NCBI GenBank assembly: GCA_012295275.1
Contig: CM022677.1
Span: 14,942,001-15,006,000, forward strand
DNA length: 64,000 nucleotides
Reading direction: 5' to 3'
Source of the DNA: Chrysomallon squamiferum
Taxonomy: Eukaryota; Animalia; Mollusca
The notes beneath the pieces were generated by a model. It saw only the letters and a program-made list of their open reading frames with translations, had not been told where the DNA came from and made no database searches. This document shows positions 1 to 12,923 of this stretch, piece by piece (within the stretch, counting starts at the first letter, position 1; each line of letters starts with the position of its first letter). The position numbers and the translations under genes were made by a program.

Positions 1-833
1 ACATAATAACATTGATTTTAAACTAAGAACAATTAACTATGTAAAGGTATGTATGTATGTATGCACGTATGTATGTATGTATGTATGTATTTATGTATAT
101 ATATATATATATATGTATTTATGTATGTATGTATGTATGCATGCACGTATGTATGTATGTATGCATGTATGCATGCACATATGTATGTATGTATGTATGT
201 ATTTATTTATCTATTTATTTATTTATTTTTATTTACTATACTTATTACTAAAATAATTTTACTAATTTTATCACAAATATGAGCATTCATGCCCTATTTT
301 CAATTCCAATTATATGAAACAATCTTTTTAAATACAAATATTAAATAAGATAGAGGGGGAAAAAAGAATAATTAAAAGAATGAAAATATATTTAATTAAT
401 TTTAATAAGATTAGCAGAATAAATCTAGTAAATTAACACAAAGCTAGCAACGCAGAGTTAGTAAATTAAAATAATCCTTGTAAATTAAATAAGTCATCTA
501 GCAGACAGAAACTGGGTATAAAAATAAAAATAAATAAACTTAATTAACTTAAACAAATCTAGTAAATGAATACTAGTCATAAAATCAATAAAATTAATTT
601 AGGTTATTAAAAGTAGTAAATAAATCTAATAATTTGAAACTAAGAATTACATTTAGTAAAAGTTGTAAATAAATCTAGTAAATTAAAAACTAGAAAATTA
701 AATCTAATAAACTGACACAAGTAAATAAATAAATCATGGAATAAATAAATAAATAAAATATAGTCAAATGCATGTAGTAAATTAAATTTAGTTACATAAA
801 TCTGTTAAACACAATAGTAAAATTAAAACTAAC

Positions 834-3800
834 CTGACGAATTTGATGAATGTTCTGTCTCACCGGATTGTTTTGTTGGAATTATCTCCCCTGGTGTACT
901 TACGTCAACTGTAAATATACAAAATATTGACTCTAGAAGATATTATTATAATTTTTTTTATGAAAAAAGTTTCTTTGTCTTCTGTTAAATTTATTATTAT
1001 TATTATTAGTAGTAGTAGTAGAAGTAGTAGTAGTAATAGTAGTAGTAGTAGCGGTCGTAGTAGTAGTAGTATTATAAATGATAGATAACTGGTTTTGAAA
1101 TTAGAAGATTTATGATTCCTTAACATACGTACATAACACATATATAACACATACATACACTTTCCTAGAAATATACAAATTTGTATATGGGTCTGTTTGT
1201 CTATAATTATTATTAATTAATAAACAAATCGACTTTTTAACAATTTGTTTTACTGTGTTGTTTTATACTTACATTTCTGACAAATAGCTGCAGTCTTTTG
1301 GTCTGATTTGTAATTGTAATATAATTTGTTATTTTCAGTAAACCACACCATCCTTTTAAGATCACCTTCTGAAACAGTTTTCTGAAACGATACTACACTA
1401 CCTGCAAGATTTAAAACAAGTACGTTAGAATTTTGTTTTACACAGAGGAAGAACTAACAATAAATACTGAATGTCTATTCTTTGTCGCTTTCAGCAGCAA
1501 CACGAACATCTATTAAATAAAGATTATCAACAACAATGAAAAGATAAATATAACTAACACACAAAGACACAAACACATACTTCCACACAAACACAACACA
1601 ACATATATACACATTTCTGTCTACAATTTACCATCAATCCACAGCAGTTTGACATCTCTGTGGAGTCCAATCCAGTAGTAAAGATTTGTTTGTAGCAGAT
1701 TCTGCAGTGATGAGACTGTACTGCTGCTTACTTTAAACATGTCAAAATGTCTGCTTGCATAGTTCCATGACATCCTCCGCTACGAAACACAAGTTTTAGA
1801 ATCACAGCTCATAAATGAGAAGAAAGATGAGTCATCTAAAAACAGATAATGAAAATAATATTATAATGAAGGAATACTTCATTATATGTATTATTTATAT
1901 TACATCGTTGTTCATTAATAATAATAATAAATAATAATAATAATAATCGTCATCATCATCATCATCATTATGAGATTATTTATTTATTTATTCGAACTTT
2001 GTTAAAACTATTACCTGTATAAAGTGTATATGCTTTGTAGCTGTCACAGTTTTTAAAACCAATTGTGAAACTGTTGTAATTGAGCCTGACGTAGCCGCAG
2101 CGCTTGATTCCGTCAGCGCTGTCGTCGATTGTAACTGAAGACGGAAGATCTGTAATGAAGTAATTTATATATTGTTATAATTATCACTATATCGATGCAT
2201 ATTGATTCCAGACTCTATACATTCATTCATGTATTGATCTGTTCGTCCTTTCGGGCATTCGTTCTTTCATTCAGTCATTCGTATGTTCAAATATTCACAC
2301 ATTCGTTTGCTCTACTGATATTAATAAAATAATATAAAAAAGATAAATATTTTAAAAATTGTTAAAGTTATTAGTGTCACCTGTCCTATAAATAGAAATT
2401 GTGTTTCTTCCTCCGCAGTATTCTTCATATGTCCCTGCACATCGAACTCGTTTTGTAGTTGACTTCACAGGACTTGCTGTGTCAGAGATGTTACAGTAAC
2501 ACCGCTTTCCCTACAAAACACAAAGTAAGGAAGTAAATATATAAATAAATAAATAATAATAACTAACTAACTAAGAAAGTAAATAAATAACAATAATATC
2601 AACAACAAAAAATCCCAGAAGTATGTGCAAATAAATTCGTAATTTTTATTGTAATACGAACACAACAAGAAGAACAATAATAAGAAGAGCAACAAGAACA
2701 GTGGCAGTAGAAGTTTACAAACCTGTAAACCAATTTTTCCATTGCTCGGTTTGCATTGCTGGAAGCATTTAAAAGCATCATTGTCTTGTATTGTGTATTT
2801 ACTACTCAAACTCCAAACATCGATATCTCCAACGTACTGGAATAGTTTGTCATTTGTCTCTAAAAACAAAAATTGGAACAATAACAACACACAAAAAACG
2901 AAACAGCCTATTTATTTATTCATTTATTGTATTATAATTGTTATTAGGGGTTTTCTTGTTACTGTTGATGTCGTAGATAATGATTAATTTATAAAGTAAA
3001 ACTTTGATAAAACATTAAACATTTATTTAGGGTCTAAACAACGTTGAAATCATTAATAAAATAAAACCTACCAGTCCAAATCCACGGTGTATACGTCTCT
3101 AAAGCTCCGACCCAATAGTCTTTGTTTTCTTCCATTACAGAAACAAGTTTGTTTTTGTCTAAATCAGAATGATGAACAAAGAGTCTGCCTCCTGCCTCCT
3201 CACAGCCAGAACACGCTACCTCCCACCAAGTTTGTTTTTTATCCAATGTAAAATATTCTTCTAACATTTCTTCTTGTTTTCTGTCAGACCACGGGCCTGT
3301 ATCAGTTTATTAATATTCATCTACATTATTTATGTTCCATTATCTTGATGAAATTTTATGTTACGTTATTATATATACATTTATACAAATGTATTTTGTT
3401 TATATTGTATACATTTATACATATTTATACTGTTATGTTTTATAAACTTATAAATAATTACTTTGTTATGTGATGACATGCTTAGTCAAGTTGTACAATA
3501 TGTAATATGTAATATTGCTTCGTTATTATTATTGTTATGCTACGTTATGTTATGTTACTGTATATATAATATTGCAATCATTTATACTTAGTTACGTCAA
3601 AATATGTGAGCTAATTTTAAATTGATAGTAAATAATTTATTTTTAAACTATGTTATGTCATAACGTGTTGGTTTATGCTGTTATGTTAAATCCTATTTCG
3701 TATTGTTGTTACGCTATGCAGTTATTGTTGTTTGTTGTCGTCGTTATTGTTGTTGCTGATGTTGTTACTGTTATTATTGTTACTGTCGTTCATCTTGTCA

Positions 3801-4093
3801 TTGTTGTTTTTGTTGTCATTATTATTATTAACAATGATACGAGCATTTCATGTTAAACATCGATTAAACATTCAGTGGGCTCTATTTTGAAAAAGGTCTG
3901 CTTTTAACATAATCATCATATACAAGAAATCTCAATAAATAAAGATTATCTTCCCCAGCCTTACACATACTTCAAATGACTTGAAGTACAACAAACAAAT
4001 TAATTTTAAATAAATAATCAACTTACCTAGTCTTTCTGCACCAGTAAACTGATTGTAGATCGTTAATATAATCACTGCTGTTACTAAATTCAT
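834..4093 (-). CDS. Copy A of CTLD/WSC/CTLD receptor gene, exons 1-8 (TM and tail exons lie just beyond the left edge); in-frame TAG in exon 6
   Basis: GT-AG exons: 4093-4027 (MNLVTAVIILTIYNQFTGAERL, signal peptide), 3296-3072 (WWEVACSGCEEAGGRL..YWVG..PWIWTG, CTLD N-half), 2859-2723 and 2510-2381 (CFQQC..GLQ/GKRCYC..CAG..CGG..ISIY, WSC), 2149-2015 (CGYV..GFKNC, CTLD C-half), 1835-1632 and 1401-1273 (second CTLD; YWIGLHR..W, AICQK), 908-834 (short stalk). All splice in one frame. TAG at 1780-1782. Bases 1-45 match the intron just upstream of the TM exon in copy D. Confidence 0.8.
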
Positions 4094-4140
4094 TATTTCT
4101 TTTGGTTTTCTTTGTTTACTTTTATATACGAACATTCTTA

Positions 4141-4220
4141 CGCAAGACAATATAAAACCGAGTTTTGCTAAAATCAACAAGGAAGAAGATACTAATAAAC
4201 AGAGGAAAACAGGTCACGAA
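4141..4220 (-). promoter_or_regulatory. Conserved proximal upstream block of exon 1 with two GGAA (ETS-like) cores
   Basis: The block (..A/GCA(A)GGAAG(A/T)AGAT..AGAGGAAAACAGGTCACGA) recurs about 90-125 bp upstream of the ATG in all three exon-1 copies (also ~20200-20280 and ~33820-33900). Function is inferred, and the block could instead be 5'UTR or intron. Confidence 0.35.
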
Positions 4221-5576
4221 TCTCTCTGCTTAGATTACAGAATGCATTGTTTGTAATTGTGTGTTCCTATAATTATAAGTGATGTGTCCGTTATATGGGT
4301 TTATTTCAACGATAAGTTATATTAATAATATTTGTGTGTTTTGACATGGCACCATGTTTTTTGTACATTCATAGATTCATACATGAGTACGTACATATAT
4401 ACATACATAGAAACATACATACATACATGCACACACACATACATACATACACACATACATACATACATACATACATACACATAACACATACATACATATA
4501 TGCATACATACATACACACACATACACACACACATACATACATACATACATACATACACATATATACATGATGCATACAACATATACAAATACATAAATA
4601 GTTGCCTTCACACATACATACGTACATATACACGTACATATAAATATACATGCATTATATAATAACATACATGTATCTATCCATACACTAATACATGCAA
4701 GCAAATAAATAGATACATACACATCTAGAGACACAAGATATAAATACATTCATTTTACACACAAATTTCCAGCTAATTTGAAGGATGACCACGTAAGATT
4801 ACAGAGAGAACAGACAATATTAGATTAAAAACCAGTGTCTACTTCAGTTCTTTGCAAAGCTGATAAACACGAGAAATTTTTAATATTTCTGGTTTTAAAG
4901 ATATAGCAAGTGTTTTATTTCTATTAAAAAAAAAAAAAAAAAAGAAAATTAAGTTTATAATTCTGCTTGTCTGTTCTGTGATTTTCATTTGAAGATTGTT
5001 TATAACAAAATAAAGTCGCTTGTGTTGTTTATGTTTAGTGATGTCAGTCACTCTCCATACTACACAATTACTTGTTTCACTTTGTTAAACTAGAAACTTT
5101 GAAGTTGACGAATGTCAAGTCTCCCAGGTAGTAATGAGATCTCAACGTGTTTTGTCACATTTTTGTACTCACCACGTTTTATAACTTAATTAATGATAAG
5201 TAATATATTGCAACAACTCAATAGGAAAACAAGAAGAAGAAGAAAATGTTTTAGTCTAAATTGAAGCCGAATGAACTGGACTATAGAAAACACGAGTAAA
5301 CATGTTCAGCCCGATTTGCCGATCTGCGCAATTTTAACACTGAGTTGCGCATTATTAGATCACGTGACTGAGCAACAATCTGCGCATGTTACCGATTCTG
5401 CGCTATTTTGTGATGCGTACTTGGCACGTACCATTAATGTACTAGACCGAACTATGGGACCAGCTGTAAACATCAGTTCAAAAGCGTGTAGACTAGTGTC
5501 ATATAATAATGATAATAATAATAATCTAATAATATTTATATATGTATATATATATATATGTGTTTTAAATTCGCTT

Positions 5577-6487
5577 TCTCTGGAACGTCGGTTACGAATT
5601 TAATTCGTTCCAGAAGTTGGTTGTTAAACCGAATTGTACGGAAACCGAAGATATGTCAGACACACGAATGTCACTCTCATGTTTTGCTGTTATTTGTTTC
5701 TTAACCTGTACTTGATACGTTTGTCCTTTCCACCAGCATTGTCTCTTTCACTTTTTGTTTACTTGGGCGCCTTATTGAATAGGGTATAATAAAAGATATA
5801 AAATAAGCAGCAACACTTTAAAAAATGTGAGCACGCAATCTGAATGCAAAAGCTATTGAGCTGCACCTGCGTATCGAAGACTAAAGGCCCTAGTTCATTT
5901 GAATACAGGTTGACATTAAAAAATCTGGCTACTGAAAATCTTGTTTCGTCAGATTTTTGGCATGGATTTTGGAGCGCATTTTCTAATTTACTGTGTTGGT
6001 GCACCACTGTTTTCTGGAGGTGTCGTTTATGTTTTCATGGCGCTGTACTCCAGAATCATCTTTTGAGACTTGCTTGCTAACAGGTATTCCTGCTCATTCC
6101 TTCTCATTTTATCATTTATTTGCTGCTGTATACAGGTAGTAATTTTCTGTTAAATATATACAGCACACACAGCCATAAAAAAGTCCGGCATTTTTGAAAA
6201 TCCGGCACTCCTCAGGTCCGGTTTTTCGAATATCAGCCTGTGTGTATATTTGCTATGGGGCATTGCCTATAATCCTTACTTTGACCTAGATTTTGACGTA
6301 AGCATCTATTCTTATCTTTTGTAGATGATGACGTCAAAACCGACGTCAAAAGAAAGCTTGTCGTGGCGCGTCGCTGTAGTTCGTAACTCGGGACATTATT
6401 CGTAAACCGAGACAAAAATTGCACAAGATCGCGGTTCGTAATCCGATTTGTTCGGGCTTCGAGGCATTCGTAACCGAGGTTCCACTG
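5577..6487. mobile_element. Non-autonomous pogo/Tigger-like (Tc1/mariner superfamily) DNA transposon
   Basis: The left end CTGGAACGTCGGTTACGAA and right end TTCGTAACCGAGGTTCCACTG-TA are imperfect terminal inverted repeats. The paralogous left end at 35526 reads TA-CACTGGAACGTCGG, consistent with a TA target site. No intact transposase ORF is visible. Confidence 0.65.
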
Positions 6488-6911
6488 TAATTAGTTATAA
6501 TCTTAAACAGTATCTGTGAATCTGTTTGTGTTTAATTGATAGGCTACATTTCTTTTTTTGTATTAGTTTAAATACGATGAAGGCTTTCCTCAAAATCACG
6601 TGGGTGTGTGTCAGAAATAAATATAAAATTTAACAGTTCAATTTGGCCCTGTATATTTTATTTAATAATTATATGCTGCCACTAGTAAAGCGGTTATGTC
6701 CCGCGAAGTCGACAACTTGTATAAACAATCTCAAAATTGTGTCAACTTAGCGGGACAAGCTGAAATGTACCAGTGAGGATCTGTCGATGTCCCGGGACTC
6801 ATTATTTGTGTTTTACCTGGGTGACACTGTGCGCAGTCAAAACGTAACAACGAGATGATACTTACTGTACGGCAGCTACTACTACTACTACCACTACCAC
6901 TATAACTACAA

Positions 6912-7400
6912 TTCAGCTCAGTTTATTTATTTGGCAAAACCAGCATGACTATAAACACAAAACAGAGAAGAATACATTTATAAAACAGAAACAGTTGTTT
7001 AATAGGTTACAGTATACAAATACAGGAAAACAAAACAAAGTAAAAAAATTAAACGTTAGGATAATAAAAATATAAGCATATATATATGTAGTCACACATT
7101 ATGGTTAAGGACCACGCAGATAATAATAAGGAACCATCTGCATGGGCTTCTATTAGAAATAAAAAAGCAAACCAGCAAGGGATCTCTTATATACATTTTC
7201 TCAGAGAAAGAAAATCACACAGATAGCATTCTTTTTAAAATAAATTTTAGTATAACAATATTTTTATTTGTAGTTCAAAAACATATTTTATTCTCGCAGT
7301 GATCAGTTGAGAGGTAGACGTTCTATGTGATATGTGTTCTCCATGTTGATGTGGTTGTTTTCGTGTAGCGGATTCTGGCATCAGTAGCGCTGTATTTGTG
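6912..7400 (-). mobile_element. Possible degenerate 3' end of a LINE (CR1/L2-like)
   Basis: The minus strand ends in CCAAATAAATAAACTGAGCTGAA next to a simple repeat. Upstream broken frames (RENKICF..ECYLCDFLSLRKCI) loosely recall the ORF2 C-terminal Cys motif. The similarity was judged by eye only. Confidence 0.25.
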
Positions 7401-7474
7401 TTTTCGTGCTGGAGCTCGCCAGTGACAATCCAGTTGGTGCAGTTTGACTTACATTACAGATTGCACACGTTTTA

Positions 7475-8039
7475 CTAGCGATATTCTTTTAAATCAGAAT
7501 TTTCCAGAACAAAAGTAAAACTGTCCATGGCCTTCAGAAACGTTGTCGTTGTTGTCGAAATCGTCGTTGACGTTATTAGAGATTTCTTAATTCCTAGTGG
7601 AAATTTGATTGTTAGTCGAGGCAATAAGTCTATAAAGACTGGGTAGCGATAATACGGAAGACACTTTATCAAGCGATGTCGTAGCTTTCACTTTCAGGTT
7701 GGTTAAGATGGTTAAACACTTCTGATGTTCTCGTCGCAGTTGCCGGGTTTCTGTCCATGGTGTTGCAGTCTTCAGAATTCACGAAGTGGCTGTTGACGTC
7801 AGATACAGTTACAGTTGTCTTTTCTTTGTTTCTGCTGTCGTAGTCGCTGTCTTTGTCGACACCATGCCGGTTGAAGAGACCAGACGTAGTTGTTTTCTTT
7901 TTCTTATCACAGGTATCGTAGTCACCGTTGTCGTCATCAGCAAGGTTAGTGTAGATGTTAGATGTACGAGTTGTCGTATTTGATGTATCTGTGTTGTTGT
8001 AGTCTCCGTCATGACTGCTTATACAAGTTATATACATTT

Positions 8040-8072
<33 letters not shown>

Positions 8073-8120
8073 TATATATATTTTGTTATTTTGTGTGTGT
8101 TTGTGTGCGTGCATGTTTGT

Positions 8121-8171
<51 letters not shown>

Positions 8172-8247
8172 ATCATGGAACTATCATCATTATCGTCGTT
8201 GTTCTTATTGTTATTTTTCTTGTTCTATTGTTATTGTTATTGTTCCA

Positions 8248-8301
<54 letters not shown>

Positions 8302-9033
8302 GTTATTGTTATGTCTGGTTAGGACAAAGAAAAACTTACTAACCAGGTATGTTTTCTCTGTTATCAACTTCAGACTGCGCTACTTTTAAGTGGAGTTGTG
8401 TCCCTTTTGTTATACTGAGACGTTGGTGCTGCACTGATGTTATGAGTAGTAGACTCTGGTAGCTGTTCTGTCGGTGCTGAAGATATCGGTATTTTCAATG
8501 TTGTTGTTTCTACGGTACATGGCCATAACCAGGTAGTTCTCGATGATGGTGTTCTTGCAGACTTTGTTGTGTTTTTGTCTACAATTCAGAGAAGTTAACA
8601 TAATATCAGATGTAAAGGAGACTAATTAACAAAATATATCAAATGTTAATCAAAAATGATTAATAAATAACATTAGTCATTTACGGTAGTTTGTACTTGA
8701 AATGAATAAACATATTAACAACGACATCAACAATTATTATTTCTCCTCTTTTTGCTTACATTTTCATTTAATAATTACAACAACAACAACAAAAACAGAA
8801 ATAATAATAAATAAAATAAATAAAATAAAGAACTAAAGAAATTAATTAATTAATAAAGAAGAAGAAATAGGTATAGTTACATTTTTAACAAACTGATTTC
8901 TTTTTTAAATTAGACTCTAAAATGTTTATATGAACTTTGAATCGGGGAGGGAGAGTTAGCCACTTCCAATGCTTTGTCCACGTCATGCTTTCTGTAAACT
9001 TTGCATCATTATAATGTTCATGTATTACTGAAC
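7475..9033 (-). pseudogene. Fragmentary copy of the C-type allele: exon 7, stalk exon 8 and 3' half of the tail; TM exon deleted
   Basis: 9033-8881 is homologous to copy C exon 7 but has a damaged acceptor and TAA in place of CAA (SVC*K). 8578-8344 is the mucin exon with a 2-nt deletion. 8015-7490 is tail sequence (DYNNTDT..DYDTCDKKKK..FVLENSD) with frameshifts. Confidence 0.8.
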
Positions 9034-9251
9034 TATTAGAAAAAACAAATGAGTATCAATGAAATGTCGGCTCGCTAGTGATAAGTTGTGGTTAGTGAAA
9101 AATTCGTGTTTTTTCTCTTGTAACTGGTTTATGAAAAACTGAAATATCGAACTAACGGTAAGACGGAGCCTTGTGATTGTGAAAAATATTCAATGTTTAA
9201 AACGTCAGCCTTAAATTGTTTATTTCAGTACGTGTGAAACTGATTTGTTAT

Positions 9252-9291
<40 letters not shown>

Positions 9292-9336
9292 CATAAAATA
9301 ACAGATACATCAATTGCAGAATGATCTGTCTATAAA

Positions 9337-9394
<58 letters not shown>

Positions 9395-9412
9395 GTTAGA
9401 AAATAAAAAAAT

Positions 9413-11464
9413 TATCAACTTCCATACTTTTCTCCAATCCGTCTTTTTCTACTATTTCTGAACCAACAAAATCAGGGGAGAAAATTCCAACAAACCAATC
9501 CACTGAGACACAACATTCATCAAACAAGTCAGGTTAGTTTTAATTTTACTATTTATTTGAGTATATTTAATTTACTAGATATATTTTACTAGTTTATATT
9601 TATTTATTTATTTGCTTCAGTTTATTAGATTTAATTTATTAGTTTTTATCTCTAGATTTTTTTACAGCGTAATTCAAAAAAAATATTTTATTGATTTTAT
9701 GACAAGTATTCATTTATCAGCTTTGTTTAAATTAATTAACTTTATTTTTATTTGTTTTTGTACCCTGTTGTCTGTGCTAGATGGCTTATTTAATTTTCAA
9801 GAATTATTTTACTTGTTTTAAATTTACTAACCCTATTTTACTAGCTTTGTATTAATTTACTAGATTTATTCTGCTAACCTTATTAAAATTAATTAAATAT
9901 ATTTTCATTTTCAGTATGCTTTTCAATTATTTCTTTTAATTTATCAGATTCATTTTATTTTAATACTGTCAGTAATTTATTTAATACAATGTAATTTGAA
10001 AAAGGGGTTAGTAATGAATTATAGTTGTATTAATATTGATAAAATTATTTCAGTAGTAAGGGAAATAAATAATAACAAACAAACAGACAGATCAATAAAA
10101 ACATTTACATAGTTAATTGTACTTAGATTAAAATCAGTGTTAACTATTTTCAGCATCTGTTGGTGGAGGCGTCGCTGCTATTGTAGTTGTGTTGGTTGTC
10201 ACTGTTGTCGTCGTAGTTTGGTCTAAACGGTAGGAATTTCTTATAACTATTTAGTAAACCAAATTATGAAATTTATGAAGCAGAAAAACAGAAAAAAAGA
10301 AACAAACAAAGAATGAAATATGAATGAATAATAGAGAAGGAAAAAAGAATGAATGAATGAAAAAGAGAGAAAAAACAATCTGTTCTTTATTATGTTTGTT
10401 AAAAATACTAAGAAAAAGAAAGAATAAAAGAAAAAAGGTGTGAATGAAAGATAAAAAGAACGAAAGAATAAAAGAAAGAGAAAGAAAAGAGGTATGAAAG
10501 AACAAGAAAGTATGAATGAAAATAATACATTTATATACACACGTATGAAAGAAAGTAAAAAAAATCTACATATTTCACTGTTATTCTTCTTAGTTAACGT
10601 CAGTTTAATTTAAATGTAAAATAGTTTTTCCTTTGAATTATCAGAGTCGTCACGACAGAAACTCGTATAATAAAACTAACTTAGTATTTCACAGTTTCAA
10701 TTTAAATAATGTCTTCATTTTTCAGATCACGTCGATTTTGTTTTAAAGCTCAGAAGTTACCAGAATCAAGAATTAATTTTAACAAAAGAAACAACGAAAT
10801 CAGCTCTGCTGAACATTTACAACGTGGTCACGCAAATTCGAGTTATGAGGCAACAACGACATCAACGTCGGCAGATTATGAATTTGAATTAGAAAATCAA
10901 GGAAACCACAGCGTTCATTACTACGTTCCTAACGGAGTTACTGTCAACATGGAAAACAGAAATGATAACGACTACGACATCGCAGATGTTAAAGCACTTC
11001 CCTTTAACAGATATACTGCTGACGTCATCAATGACGACTACGACACAGCGGATATCAAAACTGCAACTACTACAACGGCTGAAATGGACAGCTATCCATC
11101 AGGCAGCCATGAAGGAGACTACAACAGCACAGACACAAGAAATATAACAACTGGTACATCTAACATCTACAACAACCTTGCTGGGGATAACGACGGTGAC
11201 TACGATACATGTGATAAGAAAAAGAAAACAGCTACGTCTGATGTCTACAACCGGCTTGGTGTAGACAGTGACAGCGACTACGACAGCACAAACAAAAAAA
11301 TGGCAACTGCAACTGTATCTGACGTCTACAACCATCTTGTTGGTTCTGAAGACTACGACACCTTGGACAAGAAGTCTCCAGCAGCAACAACAACATCAGA
11401 ACTGTATAACCATCTTAACCAACATGACTGCGACAACATCGACACAGTTTCTGAAGGCCATTGA
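9413..11464 (+). CDS. Inverted 3' module of the receptor: partial stalk exon, TM exon and full tyrosine-rich cytoplasmic exon, with no ectodomain upstream
   Basis: Stalk remnant 9413-9532 with donor GTTAGT. TM exon 10154-10229 (ASVGGGVAAIVVVLVVTVVVVVWSKR). Tail exon 10726-11464 is open with 16 Tyr. The acceptor TTTTTCAG at 10718-10725 shows the ATG at 10709 is intronic. Confidence 0.7.
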
Positions 11465-11665
11465 AATGTTTATTTTGTTCTGGAAAATTCTGATCGAAAA
11501 GAATCTCACTAGTAACTCGATCTATATTTTTATTCAAAATGTGTCGTCTGCTATGAAGTGTTTTTTTTTTTGTTTTTGTTTTCTTCTTTTTTTAAATCCG
11601 TGTTAACTGTCTCAGGCGGACGTGTTTTTTTGTTTATTTCAGTACGTGTGAAACTGATTTGTTAT

Positions 11666-11722
<57 letters not shown>

Positions 11723-12199
11723 GATAGTGTAGTGAAACTAATGTACAGAGAGAGAGAAAACGAGACAGAAAGAGAGAGAGGAACAGAGAGAAAGAAAGAA
11801 AGAAAATGTAATACATTGCCCGAAACAGTAATAATAATAAAAAGAAGAAGAAGAAGAAGAAGAAAAAGAAGAAGAAGAAGAAGAAGAAGAAGAAGAAGAA
11901 GAAGAAAAAGAAGAAGAAGAAAAAGAAGTAGAAAGGAAATTCGATAAATAACGAGAAGATAAAGAGGGAGGTCTTTGTTAATTTCGGAATTAATTACTTA
12001 ATGTATTGTTTTACTTTTATTTTATTTCTATAAGAATATCAAAACAAGGAAACGCTGTTTGCAAACCGTATACACACATCACATCATTCATCACATTATT
12101 CCTTTCTATAATTAAATATAGGAAAATGTTTGTTAATGTTTGTTAACAGTAATATCCGAACATTATCGTTGTAAATATACAACAGCCCTAAACTTTACC

Positions 12200-12620
12200 C
12201 AGAGTGTTTCCTTAAGCATTTCAATTTGTAATAATTTCAATAATAATATATAGCGTATGGGAAAAAAACAAGTCTTTGTGCCTTCACTTAAATTTTCTAG
12301 CGAATGCCCTACGGTAATTAGTTAAAATCGATCAGAACTTTCCAAATTTCTTTCAGTGACAACTTCACGCTGAAATTCGAAGATTTATATCAACTCTGTG
12401 GGGATAATATGAGAATAGCTAAGTCAGCTGCATATGTAATTGCATTTAAATGAAATTAAAAATATTGGTGTCCGTGATCTTAAGAATATATCTGCGATTT
12501 ATGACTTGATTTTATGTCATGAGATTTGAGAAAGAACATGTTAGATTTGATCCTGCGATAACCTGCACCTCAGTCTAGTGAATTTCGTCTTATTTCCCTC
12601 CTCTGTCAGTTGATAATTAC
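12200..12620 (-). mobile_element. Possible highly degraded LINE reverse-transcriptase remnant
   Basis: Broken minus-strand frames resemble the pre-RT motifs (AGYRRIKSNM ~ xPGxDxI; LTNYR-..SL ~ NYRPISL). The resemblance is weak and by eye only. Confidence 0.2.
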
Positions 12621-12829
12621 TTTTAAATCGGATCCCAGGATACTTTGAAACGGTTAAAATACGCGCAGGGAGAAATCATTTGATGAAGCGGAGAGTACTA
12701 GGGTGAGATAATTCGGAAATTGTTACAGCTCACTCGAAAATATTTAAAGAATATTTCATTTACTGAACACTGTTGATGTTTACAATATGTTAAATTAACC
12801 TACAGAGCTTTAATGCATCTGTTACAGGT

Positions 12830-12923
<94 letters not shown>

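Larger units (their letters stand above)
3240..7090. repeat. Segmental duplication unit (exon 1, upstream region, TE fragments), paralogous to ~32880-36375
   Basis: Collinear near-identical blocks, e.g. 4780-4900 vs 34370-34500, 5260-5500 vs 35220-35450, 6660-7080 vs 35955-36370. Confidence 0.85.

Noticed and set aside
49-282. MYVC/YIHT-type ORFs (also 4322-4749, 20370-20879, 33985-34367, 42911-43093, 46232-46582)
   Set aside because: These are translations of (TATG)n/(CA)n microsatellites, open in several frames, and lie in introns or spacers.
3072-3296. Assigning a named gene (e.g. KREMEN, WSCD, polycystin-1, perlucin, mannose receptor)
   Set aside because: Only single domain types are shared. 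There is no kringle, CUB, PKD/REJ or sulfotransferase region, and the overall architecture differs.
5759-6424. ORFs inside the TIR element as a transposase
   Set aside because: They are short, lie on both strands and show no recognisable HTH or DDE/DDD motif.
10709-10725. ATG starts of the tail ORFs (MSSFFR.. at 10709, 15273, 52290; MYVD.. at 26344) as single-exon genes
   Set aside because: They lie in the polypyrimidine tract upstream of a conserved AG acceptor, and the phase-2 TM exon splices in frame to that acceptor.
11558-11947. Poly-ER/poly-R, poly-N, poly-I, poly-Y and poly-LS ORFs (also 7962-8389, 26327-26948, 43596-44071, 48080-48298, 58800-59052)
   Set aside because: These are simple di- and trinucleotide repeats with no coding signal.
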